Below are positions 1 through 7,607 of a stretch of 20,282 nt of DNA, in pieces (within the stretch, counting starts at the first letter, position 1; the number at the start of each line of letters is the position of its first letter). This stretch comes from Longivirga aurantiaca. Lineage in GTDB: Bacteria; Actinomycetota; Actinomycetes; S36-B12; CAIYMF01. The notes beneath the pieces are model-generated. The model saw nothing but the letters and a program-made list of their open reading frames with translations. It made no database searches and had not been told where the DNA came from. The stretch spans positions 1 through 20,282 of the forward strand of contig NZ_JBHSTI010000044.1 in assembly GCF_042660085.1 (NCBI RefSeq), read 5' to 3'. The translations under genes and the position numbers were made by a program.

Positions 1-92
1 ACCACGTCCAGCGACGGGTTCGTGCGACGCGCGGCCGACGCGGCCGACATACCGGCCGCGCCTCCGCCGATGACGACCATCCGCTCCGACAT
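1..92 (-). CDS. N-terminus of an FAD/NAD(P)-dependent pyridine nucleotide-disulfide oxidoreductase (CoA-disulfide-reductase-like), truncated by the window edge
   Basis: Minus strand from ATG at 92 reads MSERMVVIGGGAAGMSAASAARRTNPSLDVV, a GxGxxG Rossmann dinucleotide-binding motif in the style of the CoA-disulfide reductase family. The frame is open to the window edge and is not in the supplied ORF track because it is partial. Confidence 0.72.
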   Translation of the reverse strand, partial: MSERMVVIGGGAAGMSAASAARRTNPSLDV

Positions 93-202
93 GCGCCGAA
101 CGCTAGGAGTGCGGTGGCTCGGTCACTACGTCCTGGACCACCCAAGGTCGGGCGAATCCCTGTCGCCCGGGGACAGTGGGTCCTTCCTGTCTGGTGCCGG
201 GC

Positions 203-246
203 ACACGACTGCGGCGGGTGTCGAAGGACACCCGCCGCAGTCGTGT
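203..246 (-). terminator. Perfect 20-bp inverted repeat with 4-nt loop, probable U-less terminator of the minus-strand gene pair
   Basis: ACACGACTGCGGCGGGTGTC (203-222), loop GAAG (223-226), GACACCCGCCGCAGTCGTGT (227-246). It lies 13 nt beyond the stop at 259 and between two coding regions. Confidence 0.8.
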
Positions 247-258
247 TCGTGGAGCTCG

Positions 259-447
259 TCAGCCGCACCCGCAGCCGCAGGTGGAACCGCCCGTGGTGAA
301 CGGGCCGCCCTCCTGGACGTCGATGGGTGCCGCATCACGGCTTCCGCACGCCGAGCAGATCCACACCGACGGCACGCGTGCACCCTCCATGACGAGGGAG
401 CGGAACGCGTGCCCGCAGGCGGGGCAGCTCAGCGTCCAGACCGCCAT
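259..447 (-). CDS. Small (62 aa) zinc-ribbon-like protein with CPAC/CSAC and C-terminal CGCGCG tail
   Basis: MAVWTLSCPACGHAFRSLVMEGARVPSVWICSACGSRDAAPIDVQEGGPFTTGGSTCGCGCG; two CxxC knuckles. Starts 5 nt after the stop of the MetE-like gene, and the hairpin follows its stop. The track shows it inside a longer open frame (259..1119) whose upstream part is antisense-type noise. Confidence 0.62.
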   Translation of the reverse strand: MAVWTLSCPACGHAFRSLVMEGARVPSVWICSACGSRDAAPIDVQEGGPFTTGGSTCGCGCG

Positions 448-452
448 CCCAA

Positions 453-1562
453 TCAGCCGCCGAGCTTCTTGCGGGCGAGCTCGGTGCCGGCCGCCAGCGC
501 GTGCAGCTTGTCGATGGCGATGTAGCGCTGGAGCAGGATCAGACCGCAGTCGGTCGTGACGCCCAGGCGCTCCGGCGGCACGTACTCCGCCAGGCGCATG
601 ATGCGGTCGCAGACCTCCTCGGCCGTCTCGGTGATCGTCGACTTCACGTCGATCACGCCGGCCCAGAACATCACGTTGTCCGGGAGCGGGTGCTCCTTGA
701 GCACGTCGAGTCCGGAGAGGTCGTCCGAGCGGCGCCCGCAGTTCTCGAGGTTGAGGACGTTGATGTTCGCCTCGTAGGACTTCGGCACCACGGACGAGGT
801 CGCCGTGGGGGCCGCGCCCTTGCGCTGGGTGAGGTCGAAGATCTCGCCCGACTCCGCCGTCTCGTCCGGGTAGTACGCCGGCGTACCGCCCCAGTTGCCC
901 CAGCAGACGTGCACGATGATCTGCGCGTTCTTGACGCCCTGGACGGCGCGGTTGAACGCCTCGATCGCCCAGTCCTCGTAGAAGTAGGGCCAGGTGAACT
1001 CGTCGAGCTGGATGAAGTCGATGCCCATCGCGTCGACCTCGAGGATGTCCTCGTTGATCGCCGCGGCCATCGCCATCGCCCGGTCGCGCGGGTTGTCGTA
1101 GTACAGGTCGTTGGTGCACTGGGCCAGCACCTGGATGCCCGTGTACTGGATCTTGGTCGGCTTGTTCGTCGCCTTCTTCAGCGCGCGGGCCTGCTCGACC
1201 ATGATCCCGCCGCGGCGCTTGATCTCCTGCGTCACGGTGCCGGCGTGCAGTCGGCTGTAGATGGGGAACCCGAGGTGGCCGCCCTTGAGGTCGTACCCCA
1301 GCCGCTTCATGTAGTAGTAGACCGCTGCGTCCGCGTAGTTGTCGCCGTGCAGACGACCGTCCGAGATGATGTCCAGCCCGGCGCTCTCCTGGTCGTGCGC
1401 GATCGACGAGATGGCGTCCTCGAACGCCTCGCGGATGAAGGCGTCCGGCGGCTCCTGGTCACCGCGCCAGTCGCGGGCGGGGCCTGCGTCCCACCACCGC
1501 GGGTTGGGGTAGTTCCCGACCATCGACGTCGGGATGAGGATCTCCTGGTCTCCGACTCTCAT
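453..1562 (-). CDS. MetE C-terminal-like zinc-dependent thiol alkyltransferase; candidate epoxyalkane:coenzyme M transferase type enzyme
   Basis: 369 aa. Zn-ligand pattern of the cobalamin-independent methionine synthase fold: HVCWGN (H-x-C), downstream Glu (NLENC), and PPERLGVTTDCGL. GAGGAG lies upstream of the ATG at 1562; the track's GTG start at 1571 overlaps that RBS. The CoM context supports the transferase subtype. Confidence 0.72.
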   Translation of the reverse strand: MRVGDQEILIPTSMVGNYPNPRWWDAGPARDWRGDQEPPDAFIREAFEDAISSIAHDQESAGLDIISDGRLHGDNYADAAVYYYMKRLGYDLKGGHLGFPIYSRLHAGTVTQEIKRRGGIMVEQARALKKATNKPTKIQYTGIQVLAQCTNDLYYDNPRDRAMAMAAAINEDILEVDAMGIDFIQLDEFTWPYFYEDWAIEAFNRAVQGVKNAQIIVHVCWGNWGGTPAYYPDETAESGEIFDLTQRKGAAPTATSSVVPKSYEANINVLNLENCGRRSDDLSGLDVLKEHPLPDNVMFWAGVIDVKSTITETAEEVCDRIMRLAEYVPPERLGVTTDCGLILLQRYIAIDKLHALAAGTELARKKLGG

Positions 1563-1846
1563 TGCATGCACTCCTCGGTCTTTGCCGGACCGCCGCTCGG
1601 GCGTCTCGGGCGACTGGGGTGGGGCTGACGGTCCGGAGGGTGAGCAGGAGCTCCCGTTCGAGGTGACCGTCCGACCGGAACGTAGACCGCACAGGCATGC
1701 GTCAGCCGCGTGCGCACGGGCCAGAGTCCGGCGCGGATTTCGTCCTGCTGGGCCAGGACACCTGGGCAGGGGAGCGCGTGATACTCGCCCTGCCGCGACG
1801 CGGCTGCACCTCGGGCAGCCGCCGCACCGGGGTCGGAGGAGGACGC

Positions 1847-2701
1847 GTGTCGACGCAGATCGGTCCAGGGTTCCTCTCGCTCCCTCCTCGGTCCCACAAG
1901 CCGCGCGTCGACGGCCTCACGCACGTGCTCGACAAGGGCCTCTCGATGGTCGGCCTCGAGTCGCTGCTGGCAGCGGCGGGCGACTCGGTCGACATCATCA
2001 AGCTGGGGTGGGGCACGGCGTACGTGTCGGACGGCGTCAAGGCGAAGGTCCGCGTCGCGCGCGCGGCCGGGGTGCACATGTGCCCGGGCGGCACGCTCCT
2101 GGAGATCTGCGACCGGCAGGGCCGCGTCGAGGACTACGCGCGGTGGATGCACCGGCTCGGGATCACCCACGTCGAGGTCTCCAACGGTGCCCTCGGCATG
2201 GAGGCGTCGCACAAGCGCGAGCTCATCCGCCGGCTGGCGCAGGAGTTCACCGTGCTCTCCGAGTGCGGCTCCAAGGATCCCGGCGTCGATGTCGTCGCCG
2301 ACGCCTGGGTCGAGGAGATGTCCGGCGATCTCGAGGCGGGTGCGTCGTTGCTGATCGCGGAGGCGCGCGAGAGCGGCACCGTCGGCCTCTACGAGCCCAA
2401 CGGCGAGGTGCGGGCCGAGCTGGTCGAGGCGATCGTGACCGCGCTCCCGCCCGGGCTCGTGATCTTCGAGGCACCGCGCAAGGACCAGCAGGCGTGGTTC
2501 GTGCGCCGGCTCGGCGCGGTCGCCAACCTCGGCAACATCCCGACCGACGAGGTGATCGCTCTCGAGACCCTGCGCCTCGGCCTGCGGTCCGACACCCTCG
2601 ACCTGCTGCCCGACGTCCCCCTCGACCAGGGACCGACCTCACCCGGCATCCGGTCGGACAAGGCGACCCACCTCACCCACGCGAGGCCGGCGACCGCCTG
2701 A
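1847..2701 (+). CDS. comA: Phosphosulfolactate synthase (ComA / XcbB1 family), first step of CoM biosynthesis
   Basis: 284 aa from GTG 1847 preceded by GGAGGAGG. Motifs GLTHVLDKGLS, VDIIKLGWGTAYV, CPGGTLLEI, HVEVSNGALGM, DLEAGASLLIAEARESGTVGLY, IFEAPRKDQQAWFVRRLG and VANLGNIPTDEVIALETLRLGLRSDT match the ComA family pattern. Confidence 0.88.
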   Translation: MSTQIGPGFLSLPPRSHKPRVDGLTHVLDKGLSMVGLESLLAAAGDSVDIIKLGWGTAYVSDGVKAKVRVARAAGVHMCPGGTLLEICDRQGRVEDYARWMHRLGITHVEVSNGALGMEASHKRELIRRLAQEFTVLSECGSKDPGVDVVADAWVEEMSGDLEAGASLLIAEARESGTVGLYEPNGEVRAELVEAIVTALPPGLVIFEAPRKDQQAWFVRRLGAVANLGNIPTDEVIALETLRLGLRSDTLDLLPDVPLDQGPTSPGIRSDKATHLTHARPATA

Positions 2702-2709
2702 TCCGGGCG

Positions 2710-2737
2710 GCTGACGGGCCCGTGCGCGACCGTCGGC
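2710..2737. terminator. Hairpin in the convergent gap between comA-like gene and the minus-strand operon
   Basis: GCTGACGG (2710-2717) can pair with CCGTCGGC (2730-2737), one G-U pair. It lies exactly between stops at 2701 (+) and 2738 (-). Confidence 0.45.
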
Positions 2738-3706
2738 TCAGACGGTGAACAGGGTCGGTGCGCCACCGCTCACGAGGAACACCACCGGGCCTTCGACGGC
2801 GCCGTCGCGCGCCCGGGCCAGCAGGCCGGCCATGGCCTTGGCCGCGAACACCGGGTCGAGGAACACGCCCTCGGTGCGGGCCACGAGCTCTGCGGCCTCG
2901 TCACCCTCGGGTGAGCGGACTCCCTTGGCGGGGCCGAGGAAGCCGTCGACGATGTTGACCTGCAGGTCGTCCGACGGTACGTCGATCAGCGCGCAGGCGT
3001 CGGCGGCGATCCGCCTGACGCGCTCCGCGCACTCCGTCGCCGGACGGCTGACCGTGACCCCCACGACCTCGTGGTCGAGCGCCAGCCAGGCCCGGCCCGC
3101 GACCAGGCCCGCCTGGGTGCCGCACGAACCCGTGGCGAGCCACAGCTGTCGCGGCTGCAGCCCGGCCTCGCGCACCTGCGCGTCGATCTCCGCCGTGGCC
3201 TGCACGTAGCCCAGGGCGCCGAGCCCGGTGGCCCCACCGCGGTGCACGCCGTACGGGGTGAGGCCTTCGGCCCGAAGCCGCTCGCACATGTCGTCGACGC
3301 CGCGATCGGCGGAGGCGCGGTCGTTGTCGCCGGTGAAGTGCAGGCGCGCACCGGCGAGCAGCGCGAGCGCGTGATTGCCCACGGGGCCCTCGCGGGGCGG
3401 GTCGCCGAAGCTCACGAGGGTGGAGCCGAGGCCGCGCGTGCGCGCCGCGAGCGCGGCGAGCATCGCCCAGTTGCTCTGCGGCCCCCCGGCCGTGACGAGA
3501 TGGTCGCAGCCCTGCGCCAACGCGTCGGCGAGCAGGTACTCCAGACCGCGCACCTTGTTGCCGCCGAGACCGAGGCCCGTCAGGTCGTCCCGCTTGAACC
3601 AGACCTCGACGCCGATCCGGTCGGACAGCCGGGGGGCCGGATGCAGCGGGGTGGGGAGGGTCGCGAGCCGGACTCGGGCGACGTCCGCGAGATCGGCCAT
3701 GGTCAC
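2738..3706 (-). CDS. PLP-dependent D-cysteine desulfhydrase / ACC-deaminase-like enzyme (candidate XcbD1-type CoM biosynthesis enzyme)
   Basis: MTMADLADVARVRLATLPTPLHPAPRLSDRIGVEVWFKRDDLTGLGLGGNKVRGLEYLL...; PLP Lys in GGNK; ATGSCGTQAGLVAG. The GTG start at 3706 overlaps the upstream stop by 4 nt (GTGA). Confidence 0.82.
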   Translation of the reverse strand: MTMADLADVARVRLATLPTPLHPAPRLSDRIGVEVWFKRDDLTGLGLGGNKVRGLEYLLADALAQGCDHLVTAGGPQSNWAMLAALAARTRGLGSTLVSFGDPPREGPVGNHALALLAGARLHFTGDNDRASADRGVDDMCERLRAEGLTPYGVHRGGATGLGALGYVQATAEIDAQVREAGLQPRQLWLATGSCGTQAGLVAGRAWLALDHEVVGVTVSRPATECAERVRRIAADACALIDVPSDDLQVNIVDGFLGPAKGVRSPEGDEAAELVARTEGVFLDPVFAAKAMAGLLARARDGAVEGPVVFLVSGGAPTLFTV

Positions 3707-5061
3707 CCCGTCGCGGCGTGCGGCGCGAGGACCCGATCGACGAACGCACCCGTGGCGCCCAGCGCGGCCCGAGGGTCGAGCGCGGCGGCGAGATCCTCCT
3801 CCGACAGCCCGGACGGCCCGACGAGACCCGCCTGCCGCAGCGCCGTCGCAAGATCCACCTGCTGCTCGACGCCGGCCATCGTCGCGGCGTACACCTGCTC
3901 GTGCGCGACGTGCTTGCCGAGGCGACCCGCGAGGAGCCGCATGACCGGCTCGGACATGGGATACCCGCGCTGCGCGTCGAGGTTGGCGCGCATGCGGGGC
4001 TCGTTCACCTGCAGCCCCTCGAGCAGGCGTCCGGCGAACGAGAGCGCAGCGCCGGTGAGGAGACAGGCTTCCGGCAGCCAGAGCCACTCCGCCTTCCACC
4101 CACGTCCGTCGCGCTCGTGCAGCGCCACGAGCCCCTCGAGCGCGGTGCCGGCGTCCGCACGGACGCAGCGCGCCAGCGTGTCGAGGTGCTCGGCCAGCTC
4201 GGGGTTCCGCTTGTGCGGCATGGTGATGCTGCCGACCTGGCCCGGGGTGAACGGCTCGGCCAGCTCACCGATCTCCGGCCGCTGCAGCTCGTAGATCTCG
4301 TTGCCGATCTTGCCGAGAGTCCCCGTGACCATGGCGAGGAGCGTCGCGAACTCCGCAAGCCGGTCCCGGGCCGTGAGCCACGGCATGTCCGGCACGCCGA
4401 GCCCGAGCTGGTAGGCGAAGTCGTCGAGGAGCCCCGGGCCCTGCTCGCCCCAGAACTCGAGGGTTCCGAGGGCACCTCCGAGCTGCGCGACCTGCAGGCG
4501 CGGGCGTGCCTCGGCCAGCCGGACGAGGTGGCGGTCGAGCTCTCCCACCCAGACGGCGGCCTTGTAGCCGAAGGTGATCGGCAGGCCCGGCTGGCCGTGG
4601 GTGCGCCCGCACATCAGGGTGTCGCGGTGCCGGCGTGCGAGGGCGACGGCGGCGTCGCGGCAACGGGCGACGTCGCGCTCGACGATGTCGAGGACGTCGC
4701 GCATGACGAGCGCGAACCAGGTGTCGGTCACATCCTGGACGGTGGGGCCGACGTAGACCCACTCCGCGCACGACGGCGGCAGGACGTCGCGCAGCACGCG
4801 GATCAGCCCGAGCGTGGAGTGCCCGGTGGCCCGGGTCTCGGCGGCCACCCGCTCGAGGTCGAGCAGCTCCACGCGTGCGTGCCGGGCGATCTCCTCGGCC
4901 GCCTCGGCCGGGACGATCCCGTGCGCGGCCTGCGCCCGCGCGAGCGCCACGAGGATGTCGAGCCACCGCGCCGTGCGCCCCTCGTCGTCGAGCAGGGCCC
5001 GGACCTCGTCGGTCGACCAGAGGTGACGGTAGACGGCGGAGTCCGGGGGCAGCGCCGTCAT
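3703..5061 (-). CDS. Fumarase/aspartase superfamily enzyme, adenylosuccinate-lyase-like (candidate CoM biosynthesis lyase, XcbC1/XcbE1 type)
   Basis: 452 aa from MTALPPDSAVYRHLWSTDEVRA. Superfamily signature GQVGSITMPHKRNPELAE; CGRTHGQPGLPITFGYKAAVW. ATGA overlap with the upstream gene. Confidence 0.82.
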   Translation of the reverse strand: MTALPPDSAVYRHLWSTDEVRALLDDEGRTARWLDILVALARAQAAHGIVPAEAAEEIARHARVELLDLERVAAETRATGHSTLGLIRVLRDVLPPSCAEWVYVGPTVQDVTDTWFALVMRDVLDIVERDVARCRDAAVALARRHRDTLMCGRTHGQPGLPITFGYKAAVWVGELDRHLVRLAEARPRLQVAQLGGALGTLEFWGEQGPGLLDDFAYQLGLGVPDMPWLTARDRLAEFATLLAMVTGTLGKIGNEIYELQRPEIGELAEPFTPGQVGSITMPHKRNPELAEHLDTLARCVRADAGTALEGLVALHERDGRGWKAEWLWLPEACLLTGAALSFAGRLLEGLQVNEPRMRANLDAQRGYPMSEPVMRLLAGRLGKHVAHEQVYAATMAGVEQQVDLATALRQAGLVGPSGLSEEDLAAALDPRAALGATGAFVDRVLAPHAATG

Positions 5062-6017
5062 CGGCGGCCCCCCTCCAGCACGGGGTCGACGGTCGACGGG
5101 CCCGCAGCCGAGGGCGAGACGCCCTGCACGGCCTCGGGCGCCAGCGGCAGCAGCATGTGCCGCAGACCCTCGCGCACCTCGTCCAGGTTCGTGCCCCAGG
5201 GCACGACCGCGCGGGTGGCGTCGACCTCCAGCCCGCGTTCGATGAGGCAGCACTTCGAGAGGGTGAGCTCGCCCGGTGCCGCGGGCTCGGCCTCGGCGCG
5301 CTTGCGGGGGCAGAGCTCGACGCGCGGCGGCTCGTCGCCGTAGAAGTGCCGGTGGAACTGCAGCGAGCGCTCGCAGCCGATGAGGGTCCAGTCGCCGCGC
5401 TCTGCCGGCCGGGTGTCGAGGAACGAGACGGGAGCGCCGAGCTCGGTGCCCGAACCGCGGCACGGCAGGAGGTACCCGGCAGCGGGGTTGGCCGCCGCGA
5501 GGTCGTGCACGTCGACGGCGTCGAGCACGAGGTTCACCGGTGGCAGGTCCTCGTCGTAGGCGATCACCTGCTGCGCCTGCGCGAAGAGCTTGGGCGGGTA
5601 GGGCGGCACGACCTCGGTGACCCTGACCGTGATGGGGGCGGGCTCCCAGAGGAAGTTGACGTGCTCGAACCGGCCGAGCACCACGGTCACCCGAGCACCG
5701 GGGACCGCTGCGGCAGCCAGCGACGTCGCGTTGCCGACGTCGGTCTCCGGGCTCTCGACCCAGGCCGTCTCGTCCGGTCCGGCGAGCAGCCGGGCCTCGA
5801 CCACGGGCGAGAACAGCGGCTCCAGGCTCTCCTTGCGCACGGCTACGAGCGCCGTGGCGCCGTGGGACCGCAGCGCGAGGTAGTCGGTGCGCCGGTACAC
5901 CTCGCGGCCGAGGAGGTAGTCGAGCACGGCCTCCTCGGTCAGCGGGAAGTCGACCTCCTGGACCGACAGCCCGCGGTAGGGGTTCGCCCGGGTGTTCGGT
6001 GCAGGCGTGGGGATCAC
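5058..6017 (-). CDS. Uncharacterised protein (319 aa) embedded in the CoM operon
   Basis: GTG start at 6017 preceded by AGGAG, 8 nt after the stop of the 2-KPCC-like gene; ATGA overlap with the next gene. Sequence MIPTPAPNTRANPYRGLSVQEVDFPLTEEAVLDYLLGREVYRRTDY... with a C/H-rich C-terminal half (LPCRGSG, IGCERSLQFHRHF, ELCPRK, LSKCCLIERG). Confidence 0.8.
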   Translation of the reverse strand: MIPTPAPNTRANPYRGLSVQEVDFPLTEEAVLDYLLGREVYRRTDYLALRSHGATALVAVRKESLEPLFSPVVEARLLAGPDETAWVESPETDVGNATSLAAAAVPGARVTVVLGRFEHVNFLWEPAPITVRVTEVVPPYPPKLFAQAQQVIAYDEDLPPVNLVLDAVDVHDLAAANPAAGYLLPCRGSGTELGAPVSFLDTRPAERGDWTLIGCERSLQFHRHFYGDEPPRVELCPRKRAEAEPAAPGELTLSKCCLIERGLEVDATRAVVPWGTNLDEVREGLRHMLLPLAPEAVQGVSPSAAGPSTVDPVLEGGRR

Positions 6018-6025
6018 GAGGGCTC

Positions 6026-7603
6026 CTAGAGGTTGCGGAGGTTGGCGTTCCCCGCCCGCAGGCGCGACAGCTGGACGAAGTGCTCGGGGTTGAGGAACAG
6101 CTCGTTCATCCACCCCAGTGTGTCGATGGTGAGCCCTTCAGGACGGTGGATCAGGTAGTCGAGGTACTGGAACGCGTCCTTGGCGCCGTACCCGACGTGG
6201 TGGGCGCCGAGCACCTTGCGGCTGTCGCCGTCGACGACGAGCTTCTGGAAGCCCGACAGCTCCGGCTTGCTGAACGCGTAGAGCATCGTCCCCTCGGCGC
6301 AGGGCAGCGGCAGGTTCTCGGTGTCGAGGTCCTTCACGGTCGGCGGCATCTGGATGATGATGACGTCGTCGTAGACCTCGCGGGCCTCGGCCTCGGTGAG
6401 CCCGACCCACGAGACCTCGTACGTCGTGTGCAGCGAGTCCGGGTACTCCGTGAAGTCGAACTCGAGGTCCTCGCCCATGATGTTGCGCGCTGCGGTGACG
6501 CCGCTCTTGCGCGCCTTGAACATCTCCATCGGCCCGTCGATCATGTCGCCGATCGCGTAGACGCCCGGCACCGACGACTGCATCCGGTGGTTGACCACGA
6601 CGCGGCCGACGTCGTTCACCTGGATCCCGAGGGCCTCCTGCGCCTGCTGCACCAGCGGACGCTCGCCCGTGCCGAGGAAGACGAAGTCGGTCGGGAGGTC
6701 GACCTCCTCGCCGGTCTCGAGGCGAACCGTGACGCTCGTGACGTGGCCGTCCTCCCCGTTGACCTGGACGGGGTGGGTGCCCTCGAGGATCGTCATGCCG
6801 CGCTTGCGCATGCCGCCGACGACGTACTGGCGCAGGTCCTCGTCGATGTGGTGGAGGCTCTTGGTGCGCATGAGCGGGGAGCGCGACACGATCGTGGTCG
6901 TGCAGCCGGTCGCGTGGAAGAAGGCGCCGTACTCCATCGCCACCTTGCTGCCGCCGATGATGACGCAGGTCTTCGGCTCGTAGTCGAGCTCCTCGACCAG
7001 GGTCACGAAGTCGTGCACGCCCGCCAGATCGAGACCGGGGATGTCGGGCCACACCGGACGTGCGCCCATGCCCAGGACGAGGTTGCGGGCCTTGAACGTG
7101 CGACCCGCAGCGGTGACGGTCGTCGCGTCGACGATCGTGGCGTGCGCGTTGAGCACGTACTCGACGTCGAGCTGCTCCTTGGTCTGCCAGTTCATGAACG
7201 CGTGCGCCGAGCCGCGTCCGGCGCGGAACAGGTTGATGAGGTCGAGGATGCGGGCCCGGTCGGCGTCGAACTTGGGGAAGAAGAGCTCGTCGGAGAACCA
7301 CCGCATCCGGTCGAGCTCCTCGGCGGCCTCGGAGAACAGGTGGTGCGGCACGCAGGCCTGGTGCGGGCACGAGCCGCCGAGGAACGGCCACGCGTCGATG
7401 ATCAGCGGGCGTCCGCCCATCGCCTTCATGTACGCCGCGCCGAAGCGCCCCCCGGCGCCGCCGCCGATGAAGATCGCGTCGTACTCGACCTCGCTGCCGT
7501 CGTCGACGAGGTTGAGGATCGGCTCCGACGACGGGTCGGTCATCGCGTCGTCGATCAGTTCGATCCACTCGCCAAGGTTCGGGTGCTGGTGGCGGATGTC
7601 CAC
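6026..7603 (-). CDS. xecC: 2-oxopropyl-CoM reductase/carboxylase (2-KPCC)-like disulfide oxidoreductase
   Basis: 525 aa from GTG 7603 (AGGA upstream). FAD motif FIGGGAGGRFGAAYMKAMGG, redox motif GGSCPHQACVPHHLF, IIGGSKVAMEYG, IDGPMEMFKARKSGVTAARN, LGAHHVGYGAKDAFQYLD, ELFLNPEHFVQLSRLRAG; these match my recollection of Xanthobacter 2-KPCC. Confidence 0.85.
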   Translation of the reverse strand: MDIRHQHPNLGEWIELIDDAMTDPSSEPILNLVDDGSEVEYDAIFIGGGAGGRFGAAYMKAMGGRPLIIDAWPFLGGSCPHQACVPHHLFSEAAEELDRMRWFSDELFFPKFDADRARILDLINLFRAGRGSAHAFMNWQTKEQLDVEYVLNAHATIVDATTVTAAGRTFKARNLVLGMGARPVWPDIPGLDLAGVHDFVTLVEELDYEPKTCVIIGGSKVAMEYGAFFHATGCTTTIVSRSPLMRTKSLHHIDEDLRQYVVGGMRKRGMTILEGTHPVQVNGEDGHVTSVTVRLETGEEVDLPTDFVFLGTGERPLVQQAQEALGIQVNDVGRVVVNHRMQSSVPGVYAIGDMIDGPMEMFKARKSGVTAARNIMGEDLEFDFTEYPDSLHTTYEVSWVGLTEAEAREVYDDVIIIQMPPTVKDLDTENLPLPCAEGTMLYAFSKPELSGFQKLVVDGDSRKVLGAHHVGYGAKDAFQYLDYLIHRPEGLTIDTLGWMNELFLNPEHFVQLSRLRAGNANLRNL

Positions 7604-7607
7604 GGGC

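Noticed and set aside
2714-2723. Perfect palindrome ACGGGCCCGT in the convergent gap
   Set aside because: A 10-bp zero-loop palindrome is expected by chance in this GC-rich sequence; only the larger hairpin was reported.
3375-5343. Long opposite-strand ORFs (3375..3944 +, 3718..5343 +) over the lyase/PLP genes
   Set aside because: Arg/Pro/Ala-rich mirror translations typical of high-GC antisense frames; the minus-strand frames carry clear conserved enzyme motifs.
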